Shown: positions 19,008 through 28,716, counted from the stretch's first letter. The stretch: 64,000 bases of DNA from an uncultured bacterium (GCA_963702025.1 OY969699.1:416001-480000); one strand, 5' to 3'. Numbers and translations are program-made. The notes: a model not told the origin generated them from the letters alone.

Positions 19008-20372
19008 ATGTTCATGAATAGTCAACGCTTATTGCATGAAATTCAGGATCATATGGAGGCGGTTATTACCCAGAATTCAGATTTGGGTAAGGGCCTCTGG
19101 GAACAATTTTTGCAGCTACATCCTGCTGATATAGCTGATTTTTTTTCCGATATTGATCCGGATTATTTCCAGTTGCTTTTCTTGAAACTCCCCAAAAAGC
19201 TTCAACTTGAGGTGTTTCAGGAGTTTTCAGATATTATCAAGGTGCACAGCCTTGCCTTTATGAATGAGCAGGAACGTGTTGATGCGTTGAACACCCTCCC
19301 CATAGACCAATTAACCGATTTATTTGATCTTTTTTCTGACGAAGAGCTCAAGGTCTATTTAGAACTACTCAATAAAATGGCACGTGAAAAGGTGCTTTCG
19401 TTGTTAAAATTTGACCCGGAATCAGCCGGGGGCATCATGGACACGGAAGTTTTGGTGCTTATCCAGGATTTTACCGTAGAAAAAAGCATCCAAGTATTAC
19501 AACGATTGCAGCCCAATAGAGAGATTTATCAACAGATTTATATCACCGATCGCGATCATCATTTGCTAGGGCATATTCGGCTGGAAGATTTGGTATTGCA
19601 AAATCCCCAAGCGCGCATTCAATCCTTTATGCGGACAAATGAATATGTGGCGCGCCCGGATGAAGATAGAGAGCCGATTGCAAAAAAAATGGTGCACTAT
19701 GGCTTGATGACCGTGCCGGTTGTGGATGAAAATAATATATTTTTAGGAATCATTACCAATGAAACATTGGTTGATGTGTTGGTTGAAGAGGCCTCTGAAG
19801 ACGTGCAAAAAATGTCTGCTTTGGCGCCAATGAAATATCCTTATTTTGAGACGTCATTTCTTCGCCTCTTATTTGAACGTGGCTATATTCTTATTGCACT
19901 ACTCTTGGCCCAATCATTTTCTACCACTATTATGAAATCCTATCAAACAACATTGGAATATGGGGTTTTGCTTTATTTTACCACTATGTTGATTTCCACC
20001 GGCGGCAACACGAGCAGCCAAACATCGGCAATTGTGATTCAAGGGTTAATTACCGGCGAACTGCATGCCATGAATGTGTTTAAATTTTTGCGGCGCGAAC
20101 TACTGATGTCGGTAATTTTAGGCCTTATTTTGGGCATCGTTGCTTTTTTTAGATCATATATTGCTGCTGCATCACTTATTGAAAGTGTTGCCATTAGCGC
20201 CTCATTAACAATTATCGTGATAGTTTCCACCATGCTTGGCAGCCTTATACCTCTCATGTTAAAAAGGCTGGGTATCGATCCGGCATTCTCCGCCGGTCCA
20301 TTTTTGGCAACTTTAATGGATATTTTAGGAATTCTTATCTTTTGTTTTGTGGCACGTTGGATCTTGTTTTAA
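19008..20372 (+). CDS. mgtE: Magnesium transporter MgtE
   Basis: LHPADIA, SAGGIM, CBS pair, GGNTSSQ, IDPA..AGPF.AT..D. Confidence 0.95.
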   Translation: MFMNSQRLLHEIQDHMEAVITQNSDLGKGLWEQFLQLHPADIADFFSDIDPDYFQLLFLKLPKKLQLEVFQEFSDIIKVHSLAFMNEQERVDALNTLPIDQLTDLFDLFSDEELKVYLELLNKMAREKVLSLLKFDPESAGGIMDTEVLVLIQDFTVEKSIQVLQRLQPNREIYQQIYITDRDHHLLGHIRLEDLVLQNPQARIQSFMRTNEYVARPDEDREPIAKKMVHYGLMTVPVVDENNIFLGIITNETLVDVLVEEASEDVQKMSALAPMKYPYFETSFLRLLFERGYILIALLLAQSFSTTIMKSYQTTLEYGVLLYFTTMLISTGGNTSSQTSAIVIQGLITGELHAMNVFKFLRRELLMSVILGLILGIVAFFRSYIAAASLIESVAISASLTIIVIVSTMLGSLIPLMLKRLGIDPAFSAGPFLATLMDILGILIFCFVARWILF

Positions 20373-20381
20373 CTAAGTTGA

Positions 20382-20918
20382 CTAAATATTGTTTTCTTCA
20401 AAGTTAGAAACATCAAAAAAATACAAATGGTTGGCTTTGCAGATTTCATCTGAAGGTGGTTCTTGTATTTTTTCTCTTGAATTTTTATTAAAAACGCCAA
20501 TGAGCTTAATAGATCTATCAAGGAATTTTGCATGTTTTTTAGTACGTTGAATAACCAGATATTCGCTCATGGTATAATATCCGGTTTCTCTCTTATCTTT
20601 ATCGAGAATAGGATTTACCCAGTGGCCTCCTGCTTCGTGCATATTCGTTAATTGCCCGGCGCCGATGCTTAATTCTGAGAATCCTGCTTTTAACTCCGCT
20701 TTTATTTGAGCAACACAGGTAGGCTTAGTTTCTTTCATAAACTCTTCGCTGGACATACTTTGCATTGGCAATATGTGGAGTGCTGCAAAGAGTAGTGCCG
20801 TTGCAGTAATTATTTTTATTCTACTTCGCAAGAAAACCTTGGATGGTTTTTTGCTTCGAAGAATTGCAGCACGATACAACGACTCAAAAGCCGTTGCGCG
20901 CTTCATTTGTCTGTTCAT
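20382..20918 (-). CDS. Secreted hypothetical protein with a family B repeat in frame near its N-terminus
   Basis: Hydrophobic segment IITATALLFAALHILPMQS-MS preceded by 29 codons matching the repeat at 26787-26890. Confidence 0.6.
   Translation of the reverse strand: MNRQMKRATAFESLYRAAILRSKKPSKVFLRSRIKIITATALLFAALHILPMQSMSSEEFMKETKPTCVAQIKAELKAGFSELSIGAGQLTNMHEAGGHWVNPILDKDKRETGYYTMSEYLVIQRTKKHAKFLDRSIKLIGVFNKNSREKIQEPPSDEICKANHLYFFDVSNFEENNI
20816..20908. repeat. Palindromic repeat family B, copy 1
   Basis: TTATTCTACTTCGCAAGAAAAC..GGTTTTTTGCTTCGAAGAATT...AGCCGTTGC..GCTTCATTT; similar to 26787-26890. Confidence 0.75.
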
Positions 20919-21164
20919 AAAGGTTTCTTGGCCTCGCGAACTTTCTGTGGTTTTTTCTTAGTTAACAGATCTTTTTTCTCAAGTTGCGCCTCAAATTGCT
21001 CTACCGTTTGCACATTACTTTTGAAATCTTTGGGTAAAGATCCCAAATTTCAGCTCCATAATCTGCAGCTTTCAAATGAAATTCTTTTAAAAAAGGCGCT
21101 GCGTCCGCCGAAGCTGATAAGCGAAGGCCGGATAGCCAAATTTTTTAAAAGAATTTAAAAAATT

Positions 21165-21239
21165 TGGCGTCCCCACAGGGAATCGAACCCGGATTTCCGC
21201 CGTGAAAGGGCGATGTCCTAACCGTTAGACGATGGGGAC
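21165..21239 (-). tRNA. tRNA-Glu (TTC)
   Basis: Cloverleaf GTCCCCA..CT-TTC-AC..GGTTCGATT..TGGGGAC-GCCA; one T-stem mismatch. Confidence 0.95.
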
Positions 21240-21290
21240 GTGTAATTTGAAAGAGAAATTTCTAAGTATCAAACCATCCTTTAAAGGACT

Positions 21291-21372
21291 GGCTCTACTT
21301 CGCTGCTGACGCAGCTACGAAGAGCGGTCCGCGCCAGGCCCTTCGACTTCACTTCGCTCAGGATAAACTCCG
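21291..21372. repeat. Palindromic repeat remnants in the tRNA spacer
   Basis: CTTCGCTGCTGACGCAGCTACGAAG hairpin and CCCTTCGAC..GCTCAGG unit related to family A. Confidence 0.5.
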
Positions 21373-21422
21373 CTCTTACAAACGTGTTTATACTTCGGAG
21401 CCTAACCTGCGTAGGCGAAGAC

Positions 21423-21498
21423 TGGTGAGCCGCGTTGGAATCGAACCAACGACCCACAGCTTAAAAGGCTGTTGCTCTACCGACTGAGCTAGCGGCTC
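21423..21498 (-). tRNA. tRNA-Lys (TTT)
   Basis: GAGCCGC-TAGCTCAGTCGGTAGAGC..CT-TTT-AA..GGTTCGATTCC..GCGGCTC-ACCA. Confidence 0.97.
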
Positions 21499-21539
21499 AA
21501 ACACACCAATTCAAACAAAAATTGAAAAGACATTAATAA

Positions 21540-21568
21540 ATAGTAGAGATTGAGGGTATTTTTGTCAA
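21540..21568 (-). promoter_or_regulatory. Sigma70 promoter of the tRNA-Lys/Glu operon
   Basis: TTGACA-17 nt-TACTAT on the minus strand. Confidence 0.7.
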
Positions 21569-21660
21569 GCAAAAGCAAATTGTAACGAAAAAGAATTATT
21601 ATCTAGAGCTTTTTTCTTATCTTTCTGATTATATCCGATCTTTCATCTATTGCACGGAAT

Positions 21661-21770
21661 CCGTTCATGGTGACCCTTCATTACGCACCTAAAGCTTCGA
21701 GTAATTAAGCCTGCAGGGATTAAATTACCCTTCGATAAGCCGCTGTGTGAGCGGCACTCAGGGCGAGCGG
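21661..21770. repeat. Degenerate composite family A palindromic element
   Basis: CCGTTCATGGTGA...CCCTTCGATAAGCCGC..GCGGCACTCAGGGCGAGCGG. Confidence 0.7.
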
Positions 21771-22001
21771 GCGAAGGGTAACTTTTTTTTGCTTTGAAGA
21801 ATAAAATCTTTTCTTTTTGAATAATAAAAGATGGCTCTTGATCGATGCTCCATGCCTGTAGAATTGCATATTTGAATTAAATATAAATGTAATAATCCGT
21901 GCGTTTGACAAGGGAATATTTTAATATAATCTTAAAGTTAAGCTTTCTTTTAAATTAAGTTCTAAAATAAATGTTTTTATAGCTATTTTAAGGTATCACA
22001 C

Positions 22002-23165
22002 ATGAAAAAACTTTTATTAATACTCGTTAGTTCTGCTTCAGCATTAAACATGAATGCTGAGCCAATATCAGAATTTGTTACATGGGCCAAAGATCCTTTC
22101 ACCAACATTATGGTTAATGAAGGCGTGAGCGCTTTAGGCAAAGATGCAAAGGCTTTGGCTGCCGCATCATGGAAACTTGCACAAGATGGCTACAAAATGT
22201 TGCCCAGTAAAGAAGTCCTCTTGAAATCAGTAAAAGATGGTGGAAACAAATCTTATGCTGCGGCCAGAAGTTTTATTACCAGTAACCCGAGGGCTACAAT
22301 TTTTACTGCAGTAGGCGCCGCATTCGCTGCTCCGCTTATAGCCGGTTTGATCGCATCTTTTTATGATGAAAAAAAACGCACTGCGGAAGAAAACGAATTG
22401 AGATCCTTGCAGGTTATTATCTATGGTATCAAAGATTATTTGAATAAATTTCCCGATGAAAGCACTAATCCATTAGATCCTGAAATTACACGCTTTAATA
22501 ATGAAATCATGTTACGTGCATTTTATGACACCTTAAAATATGCAAGTGAAGAATTAAATAACTGTTCACAATGCTTTGTAAATTTAAATCTTAAAAGTCA
22601 AATTGATAATGTAATAAAAATTATCAATAATGATATGACCGTAATAGGATTGGAAAACAAAGAGTTTGAAAAGGCTTTTATTGATTTAAAAGCGGCCATG
22701 AAAGTTCTTAATGATTGGGTATCCACCTCATCGCGTGGTTATGTTAGCTGGTTCTCTTCTTTTATAAAGCATGTTAACAACGTTGAGCATTATTTAAATG
22801 CCCTTCGTTCACCGGTTCAAGGTGAGAAGGTTCCATCAGTTGAGTCCATTCAAGAAGACGTTCGCAAAAGAGAAGCTTATGAGACTCTCGACTGGATTAA
22901 TAGAGTTCAGTTTGTGTCTATTCATCCAGAGCTGATTGAGGCATTTAATCACTTAAAGCAAATAGTATGCGAAGACATTACAAACGTAACGGTCAATAAT
23001 GCGGAATTAAAAAGATTGCTATACGGTTTAGAGCAAAGCGCATTCACGCGTTTACAAAAAATTGATAAATCAATTGCGGTCTCTGTTGCTTTTGGAGCTA
23101 TTCCAACAATAAGCTTTCCGCTTATTGCGTTTGCAAAGATTGTAGAAGGATTCGATCATCAATAG
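22002..23165 (+). CDS. Secreted/membrane hypothetical protein
   Basis: Signal peptide, internal hydrophobic segment (IFTAVGAAFAAPLIAGLIASF) and a C-terminal hydrophobic segment. Confidence 0.7.
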   Translation: MKKLLLILVSSASALNMNAEPISEFVTWAKDPFTNIMVNEGVSALGKDAKALAAASWKLAQDGYKMLPSKEVLLKSVKDGGNKSYAAARSFITSNPRATIFTAVGAAFAAPLIAGLIASFYDEKKRTAEENELRSLQVIIYGIKDYLNKFPDESTNPLDPEITRFNNEIMLRAFYDTLKYASEELNNCSQCFVNLNLKSQIDNVIKIINNDMTVIGLENKEFEKAFIDLKAAMKVLNDWVSTSSRGYVSWFSSFIKHVNNVEHYLNALRSPVQGEKVPSVESIQEDVRKREAYETLDWINRVQFVSIHPELIEAFNHLKQIVCEDITNVTVNNAELKRLLYGLEQSAFTRLQKIDKSIAVSVAFGAIPTISFPLIAFAKIVEGFDHQ

Positions 23166-23223
23166 TCGGCTCACACAAGGTTAAAAAATGTTGTTTATTA
23201 TTAATCATTCATGGAGGATTCCT

Positions 23224-23604
23224 ATGAATACTTTCAAATCTATGTTATCAGTAGCAGTGTTATTGTCAGGTATGTCAGCAGCTGCTTTTCCAGGTCAAGC
23301 ATTCATTCAAGCTATTAGAGCAAGAATACCATCTATGCCATCTATGCCTTCCAAAAAAGATGCTTCTGAATTTTTAGCACTTGCTAGTGCTACAGCTGGA
23401 AATACGTTGAACAATGCATATCAATGTGCTCAACCGTATTTGACCAAGAAAACTGCTGCTATTTCAGCAGGCGTTATAGCTACTACCGCTGCCACCGCGG
23501 TTGCCTACAAAAAAGGTTACTTTGGTAAAGCAGCTAACGTTGTTGCAAATGCTGCAAAAGCTGCAAAAAATGCAGCAGCTGCAAAATTTGCGAGCAAAAA
23601 GTAA
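23224..23604 (+). CDS. Ala-rich secreted/membrane protein, paralog of 23686
   Basis: GGAGG SD; signal peptide; hydrophobic stretch followed by AYKKGYFGKAAN. Confidence 0.75.
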   Translation: MNTFKSMLSVAVLLSGMSAAAFPGQAFIQAIRARIPSMPSMPSKKDASEFLALASATAGNTLNNAYQCAQPYLTKKTAAISAGVIATTAATAVAYKKGYFGKAANVVANAAKAAKNAAAAKFASKK

Positions 23605-23685
23605 TCAGATTTCTCTCTGATCTTTGAGGGGGTGTGCAACACGCCCCCGCTTAATTCTAATCCGTCTTTATATATGGAAAATTAC

Positions 23686-24063
23686 ATGAAATTAAAAAAA
23701 ATTATTTTATCAGCAGCATCTGTAGCATTATTGCAATCGATGTCTGTTGTGGCTGGAATACCAACTAAAGATTTCAACTTCTTAGAAGATTCGGCTCATT
23801 TAGAAAAATGTTTAGAGTTTGCACCGCAGGCGTTTTTTGATGTCCAGAAAAGTATTACGAGCACTATGAAAAATTTTGCGACCAATACTCTTACTAAACG
23901 TAATGTTATTGGTGCAGCAGTAGTTGCAACCGTTGTAGGTTCCGCTGTTGTTGCCTATAAAAAAGGTTACTTTGGTAAAGCAGCTAACTTTGTTGTAAAT
24001 ACCGCAAAATTAGCAAAAAAAGCATTAACCGGCCCAATAGTTGATCCAAATTCAGGTAAGTAA
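23686..24063 (+). CDS. Secreted/membrane protein, paralog of 23224
   Basis: Signal peptide; VIGAAVVATVVGSAVV-AYKKGYFGKAAN; near-identical 39-nt DNA block shared with 23224. Confidence 0.75.
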   Translation: MKLKKIILSAASVALLQSMSVVAGIPTKDFNFLEDSAHLEKCLEFAPQAFFDVQKSITSTMKNFATNTLTKRNVIGAAVVATVVGSAVVAYKKGYFGKAANFVVNTAKLAKKALTGPIVDPNSGK

Positions 24064-24084
24064 TCGGTTTTCTCTGTAATCTTT

Positions 24085-24113
24085 AAAAGGGTGCTTTATC
24101 GCACCCTTTTTTT
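24085..24113 (+). terminator. Rho-independent terminator
   Basis: AAAAGGGTGC-TTTATC-GCACCCTTTTTTT. Confidence 0.85.
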
Positions 24114-24230
24114 GTGCCAAATTTTTTATCAAACCCTGCATGAGTTTCTTTTCAAAAATTAAGCGAGAGCTATACTGGTGTCTTGAATTCATCATACTTT
24201 CTCATCATTTAACGCAAGAAAGAATCTACC

Positions 24231-25247
24231 ATGAAACAAATGCATCGCCTTATCATAACAACAGCTCTATTCTTTTGTTCACTTGCACATGCTTTACAGG
24301 AAAGCACGTATCACTATAAAGAAGAACTGGAAAATTTTAAAAAGTCACCGCAGTATGAGCTTATTTTTAATGAAGATACTCATCCGATAGTAAGGGGTCT
24401 CAATCGTGATATTGAAAATTATAAAGAATTGACAAATTGGCAACGAATTACGCGATTTGGATTGTTAACATTTGCGGTAGTTGTTACTGCTGATGCCATG
24501 CCAAAACTCTATGCATGCATTGATGGCGTGTGTAATAAAAGTAGAATTGCAATGCCTACCGTCTTTGTAACGGTAGACAAAGGATTTTTTAATGCGGCGG
24601 CAATAAAATTATTAAAAAGCACCGGAGCCATTGTAATTGGCCAAAAGATGATATACAAGACAAATGATCGTCAATTAGAGGCGATTATAGCCCATGAGAT
24701 AGGCCACATTAAACATGATCACATAAATAAAACACTTGAGTTGCTTTTGCCAACTGCCGTTATTATTCAAGCGTTAAAATATTGCATTCTCAATAGATTT
24801 AGGGTGTTTCCAGAAAGTAATAAATTGTTCTATTGGGCAGTCGATATTTCTCTAACATGGCGTTTAGCAGCCATCATAACCAACCTGATGCTTAATAAGA
24901 AATTTGAAAAAGAAGCCGATGAATTTGCCTATGGAGATATGGGCAAAGGGGAGGGACTCATTGAGTTTTTTGATCTGTTGCAAGAAAAAGAATTGCAGAC
25001 AGATGCAGATTTTATTGCCACGTATGTCAAATTGCAAGAGAATGAATCAGAGATTGAGCCGGCAGATTATGCCGGTTTGAAGTTTAGTTTTTATGTAGCA
25101 AGGGGCATCCGTTATTTGGAAAACGCGTATAGATGGTTTTATTATAATACTCGGTATGGGGCGCATCCCAGCCCGCAAGCGCGTAGTGCAACGATTCAAA
25201 AATATCTTGAAGAACAAGTTGCGGATGAAGAAATTGATACTGAGTAA
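24231..25247 (+). CDS. M48 family zinc metalloprotease (HtpX/Ste24-like)
   Basis: FNAAA, LEAIIAHEIGH, EKEADEFA, HPSP..R. Confidence 0.88.
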   Translation: MKQMHRLIITTALFFCSLAHALQESTYHYKEELENFKKSPQYELIFNEDTHPIVRGLNRDIENYKELTNWQRITRFGLLTFAVVVTADAMPKLYACIDGVCNKSRIAMPTVFVTVDKGFFNAAAIKLLKSTGAIVIGQKMIYKTNDRQLEAIIAHEIGHIKHDHINKTLELLLPTAVIIQALKYCILNRFRVFPESNKLFYWAVDISLTWRLAAIITNLMLNKKFEKEADEFAYGDMGKGEGLIEFFDLLQEKELQTDADFIATYVKLQENESEIEPADYAGLKFSFYVARGIRYLENAYRWFYYNTRYGAHPSPQARSATIQKYLEEQVADEEIDTE

Positions 25248-25291
25248 TAAATAGGGCTAAAGATAAGATGCCTTTTAATTAGAAAGCTTTG

Positions 25292-25319
25292 TTGAATTTT
25301 ACATACATCCATGTAAAAT
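25292..25319 (+). promoter_or_regulatory. hicAB promoter with a palindromic operator
   Basis: ATTTTACAT-6-ATGTAAAAT perfect inverted repeat overlapping TTGAAT-16-TAAAAT. Confidence 0.65.
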
Positions 25320-25358
25320 ATACATAAATATATAAATTTTCATTGCTCAGGAAAATAT

Positions 25359-25550
25359 ATGAAAAGAAGAGATTTGGAGCGTGCGCTTACCAAGTTAGGT
25401 TGGTATCTAAAGAGAAATGGTGCAAAGCATGATTTGTGGACTAATGGCCAAGAAGAAGAGACAATACCGCGGCACAATGAGATTAATGAGTTGCTTGCAA
25501 AAAAGATTTTAAGGACAGCTCAAAAAGCTTCAAAAAGGGAAATAAAATGA
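25359..25550 (+). CDS. hicA: HicA family toxin (type II TA)
   Basis: MKRRDL..L...GW...R.G.KHD.W......IPRH.EI...LA.KI. Confidence 0.93.
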   Translation: MKRRDLERALTKLGWYLKRNGAKHDLWTNGQEEETIPRHNEINELLAKKILRTAQKASKREIK

Positions 25551-25960
25551 AAATTGTCGGAAAAGTTTGGAAAAGCGAAGATAGAAAATTTTGGCTTGCG
25601 GAGATCCCAGCTTTAGATCTTATGACGCAAGCAAAAAGCAAAAAAGCAATACCTGAAATGATTAAAGATGCGGTAGAACTATTGATGGATGATTCTTCTT
25701 TTTCTGTAAAAGTAACAGCGTTTGATGATTTTGTCTTTCTTGATGCAAATGATACAAAAAAATTAATTGCATTAATTCTTAAAAGACAAAGGCAGAAAAA
25801 TCATTTGAATTTAGAAGAAGTTGCGACACATTTAAGAGCGCGATCAATCAATGAATATGCACAATATGAACAGGGTCGACATTTGCCCAGTTTTGATAAG
25901 TTTGAACAATTATTAAAGGCAATAGATCCGAATCTAAGTTTGTTTATGTCATTGAAGTAG
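25547..25960 (+). CDS. hicB: HicB family antitoxin with C-terminal XRE HTH
   Basis: WLAEIPALDLMTQA....A..MIKDA; C-terminal HTH (YAQYEQGRHLPS); ATGA overlap with hicA. Confidence 0.88.
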   Translation: MKIVGKVWKSEDRKFWLAEIPALDLMTQAKSKKAIPEMIKDAVELLMDDSSFSVKVTAFDDFVFLDANDTKKLIALILKRQRQKNHLNLEEVATHLRARSINEYAQYEQGRHLPSFDKFEQLLKAIDPNLSLFMSLK

Positions 25961-25977
25961 GTTTTAAAGGTGAGTTT

Positions 25978-26517
25978 ATGTATATCAATAAAATTGGTAT
26001 TAAATCTTTGTTTAGGTGGTTTTCAAAAAAAAATATTAAAATAGAACAAAACAATCGAGATGGATCAGCAAATGCAACTCAATCAGGTTTTGCCAATAAA
26101 CAAACGGTTACTGTTGTAAAGAGTAGTAGTCAAAAACAAAGGGATGATAATGAAAAGGCTCTTGAAAAATTTAGAGCTTTCAAAAAAATATTAAATGTAT
26201 GGTTTCAAGAGAGAAAAAGTGAAAAGAAATATGCCGAATCAGTCTCAAAAGTATTTGATGCTTTGGATGATTTAATATTTGCTTTGAATTTTTTAGAAGA
26301 AAGCCATAAAGTTGCTGAATGGTTGCCTACTTTGAAAGAATTGCATTCTATTTTAAAGCCGGAGTCTAAATTTTTTTCTGTAGGAAATAGGATGAGCGAG
26401 TTCTTTTCTCAACTCGATACAGAGTGGTATGATCGCAATAATTCGGAATTTGAGATTTTAGAGAATTTAGAAAAAGCTCTTGTTGAACTCTGTAAAGAAG
26501 GCCGCAAAAAAGATTAA
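25978..26517 (+). CDS. Hypothetical protein
   Basis: 179-aa ORF with SD, downstream of hicB. Confidence 0.6.
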   Translation: MYINKIGIKSLFRWFSKKNIKIEQNNRDGSANATQSGFANKQTVTVVKSSSQKQRDDNEKALEKFRAFKKILNVWFQERKSEKKYAESVSKVFDALDDLIFALNFLEESHKVAEWLPTLKELHSILKPESKFFSVGNRMSEFFSQLDTEWYDRNNSEFEILENLEKALVELCKEGRKKD

Positions 26518-26539
26518 AATTTTGAAAGATCGATGTTCT

Positions 26540-26700
26540 TTAATAGTAACTCATAATTAAAAATCCATTTGTCCAAAAGCCAAAGCCATGGACGTTGAGG
26601 ATATCCGGCGATCCTGCACCTTTGTTGATAAAGCCTAATTTTTCATATAATTGGAATGCTTTTTTATTGCATTGCAAAGGTTGCGCGGTGCATTGTTCCT
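26540..26700 (-). pseudogene. C-terminal remnant of a GNAT acetyltransferase
   Basis: NKKAFQLYEKLGF is GNAT motif B; no intact N-terminal part. Confidence 0.5.
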
Positions 26701-26786
26701 TTCCCCGTTCGTGCTGATTTATGCAAGCCTTAAGATTTAATATCTGGTGACTCAACTACAAAAATTGTAACATCTTTTTTTCTTGT

Positions 26787-26890
26787 TTATTCTACTTTCG
26801 CAAGAAAACTCCAGGGTTTTTTGGCTTCGAAGAATTTCGCATAATGCAGCGGCTTTTAAATTTTTAAGCCATTGCATTGCTGCTTCATTT
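26787..26890. repeat. Palindromic repeat family B, copy 2
   Basis: TTATTCTACTTTCGCAAGAAAAC..GGTTTTTTGGCTTCGAAGAATT...AGCCATTGC..GCTTCATTT. Confidence 0.75.
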
Positions 26891-26925
26891 TTGTATCTTA
26901 TTTAAAAAAGTCTCAAAGGAAAGTT

Positions 26926-27774
26926 ATGCGAAATACCATTTTTTTACTGCTATTAATTGCCTGCACAAGTAAACCGATAACCAAAGATGCTTTATTGCCC
27001 GTTATCAAACAGCCGCATCCCTTTTCCTATGATCTGGGTGTTAGCCTAATTCCGGCTAAGAAAGCAGATGCGCCGGTAATGATCTGTTGCCATGGTTATG
27101 GCTATAATAATCGTGTGGCGGCAGACGTTGGCACCGTTCCGGCAGTGTGTGAGCATCTGATCGGCTTTAATTTCCCTGATTATGGCTGCACCAAACGGCC
27201 CGGCTTTGATATTAAAAAAAGCACGTTCGGCACCATTGATGAAATTGTGCCGTTATTATATCTGATTAAACAATGCGTAGTTGATGCGAACCTTGATGCC
27301 ATTAATCTCTATGGATTCTCCGCGGGTGGTGGCGCGATTATCAATGCATTGGTTGTTTTAAAAAGCTCGAACTATGATGAGCAGCTTAAAAAAGTTGGCA
27401 TTATTCCTGAACACAAAATAAAGATGCTCGATGCGATGCAAAAAGGGCTGATTATTCTGGATTGTCCTCTCAAATCAATGGATGAAATTTTTGCCATGCG
27501 TCAGACACCGGAGCTTGAATTTTTATCGGAGCGGTATGCAAAAAATAATATGCGGCCCATCGATGCAATTAGCCGCCTCAAAGGCTTACGGCTCACCATT
27601 CTTTTGCATTTTCAAAACCCGGATGAAATGATCGGCAACCGTGATGATGCCCTTTATGCCGAGCGGTTAAAATCTGCCAATGGTGGCAGTACCCAGGTGG
27701 TAATTGCCAACGAAGGCGGACATAACACGCATCATGCCTCATTGTGGAATGCGTATAAAAATATAAAAAAGTAA
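26926..27774 (+). CDS. Exported alpha/beta-hydrolase fold protein
   Basis: CHGYG oxyanion motif, GFSAGG nucleophile elbow, D, GGH; N-terminal LLLLIAC. Confidence 0.75.
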   Translation: MRNTIFLLLLIACTSKPITKDALLPVIKQPHPFSYDLGVSLIPAKKADAPVMICCHGYGYNNRVAADVGTVPAVCEHLIGFNFPDYGCTKRPGFDIKKSTFGTIDEIVPLLYLIKQCVVDANLDAINLYGFSAGGGAIINALVVLKSSNYDEQLKKVGIIPEHKIKMLDAMQKGLIILDCPLKSMDEIFAMRQTPELEFLSERYAKNNMRPIDAISRLKGLRLTILLHFQNPDEMIGNRDDALYAERLKSANGGSTQVVIANEGGHNTHHASLWNAYKNIKK

Positions 27775-27779
27775 TGGAT

Positions 27780-27822
27780 CCGTTCATGGTGAGTGATTTC
27801 GAAGAAATCGTATCGAACCATG
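27780..27822 (+). repeat. Palindromic REP-like element (family A)
   Basis: CCGTTCATGGTGAGTGATTTCGAAGAAATCGTATCGAACCATG between convergent genes. Confidence 0.88.
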
Positions 27823-27826
27823 CTCC

Positions 27827-28180
27827 TTATTCTTTTACCTTAACTGCTGGTTCAGCGTTGGCGTTCGGTTTAACTATACAGCGGCCAACATTATCAAGAT
27901 CCCATTGCTTGCAGTAGCAAAAATTGCCATGTTTATCATCGTTTACATAAACGGGACTATCATCCGCTTCTTTGTCTCGTGGGCCACATTTATGGGAACA
28001 CCAGCATTTGCAGTTATTTTTCATATCTTGGCAGGTCTGTTTGGTCGGGCAAATAACACTATTTGCATCTTTATATGGCGCATAATGGCTGCGCAATAAA
28101 GAACTAGCAATTCTATAGACTGCAAAAAGTGCTGAGCCGGCAAGCAAAACAGCAATAATTATTTGTCTTCTTAATATCAT
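27827..28180 (-). CDS. Small membrane-anchored cysteine-rich protein
   Basis: N-terminal TM; CKCWCSHKCGPR...FCYCKQWD...C. Confidence 0.7.
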   Translation of the reverse strand: MILRRQIIIAVLLAGSALFAVYRIASSLLRSHYAPYKDANSVICPTKQTCQDMKNNCKCWCSHKCGPRDKEADDSPVYVNDDKHGNFCYCKQWDLDNVGRCIVKPNANAEPAVKVKE

Positions 28181-28354
28181 AAAAATCTCCCTAATAAATA
28201 TATTCTAATATTAATTTATAAATATGCTGGTTCAATAATCAAGTATTTGTTGTATTACGAGAGAAAAAAAGCTATTAACGCCGTAACTTGAACTTTATTA
28301 TCGCGATTGGTTAGTATCAGCATAATAATTACTTAAAAACGCAAGGGGTTTTCC

Positions 28355-28549
28355 ATGACAATACCAATAAAAAGAGAAGATAAGTTTCATATAGGTGAAA
28401 TTTGCCCGGTATCGGGCGTATACCGTATAAAAGGCTGCGAATGCAAAACTGAGGAACAACGTGAAATTCCGCTTGCTAAAGGGCACCGATTTCCTCCATG
28501 CCGCAGTTGCACAAAACCAATAGTATGGGAATTTGTACGCCACGCATAA
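28355..28549 (+). CDS. YjzC-like small protein
   Basis: GEICPVSGVY...REIPLAKGHRFPPC..C....W. Confidence 0.75.
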   Translation: MTIPIKREDKFHIGEICPVSGVYRIKGCECKTEEQREIPLAKGHRFPPCRSCTKPIVWEFVRHA

Positions 28550-28563
28550 AAAAAGGAGTTTCT

Positions 28564-28716
28564 ATGCCGTATAAAGTTGGTAAAAAGACCAAAACAAAAG
28601 GTTGGCCCATTTTAGAACATAAAAATGGCAAATGGATTGTTATTGCGCACTCAAAGAAAAGAGAATTGGCCCAGGCAAGTATTCGGGCCCGCTATATGGG
28701 TGAGCATAAAAAATAA
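28564..28716 (+). CDS. Small basic hypothetical protein
   Basis: AAGGAG SD; MPYKVGK...W..IAHS...A.ASIRARY. Confidence 0.65.
   Translation: MPYKVGKKTKTKGWPILEHKNGKWIVIAHSKKRELAQASIRARYMGEHKK

Noticed and set aside
21905..21930. TTGACA...TATAAT promoter upstream of 22002
   Set aside because: Spacing is only 14 nt, so exact elements cannot be assigned, although a promoter nearby is likely.
21165..26700. Prophage or integrative element at the tRNA genes
   Set aside because: No integrase, phage structural gene or duplicated tRNA 3' end was found in the window.
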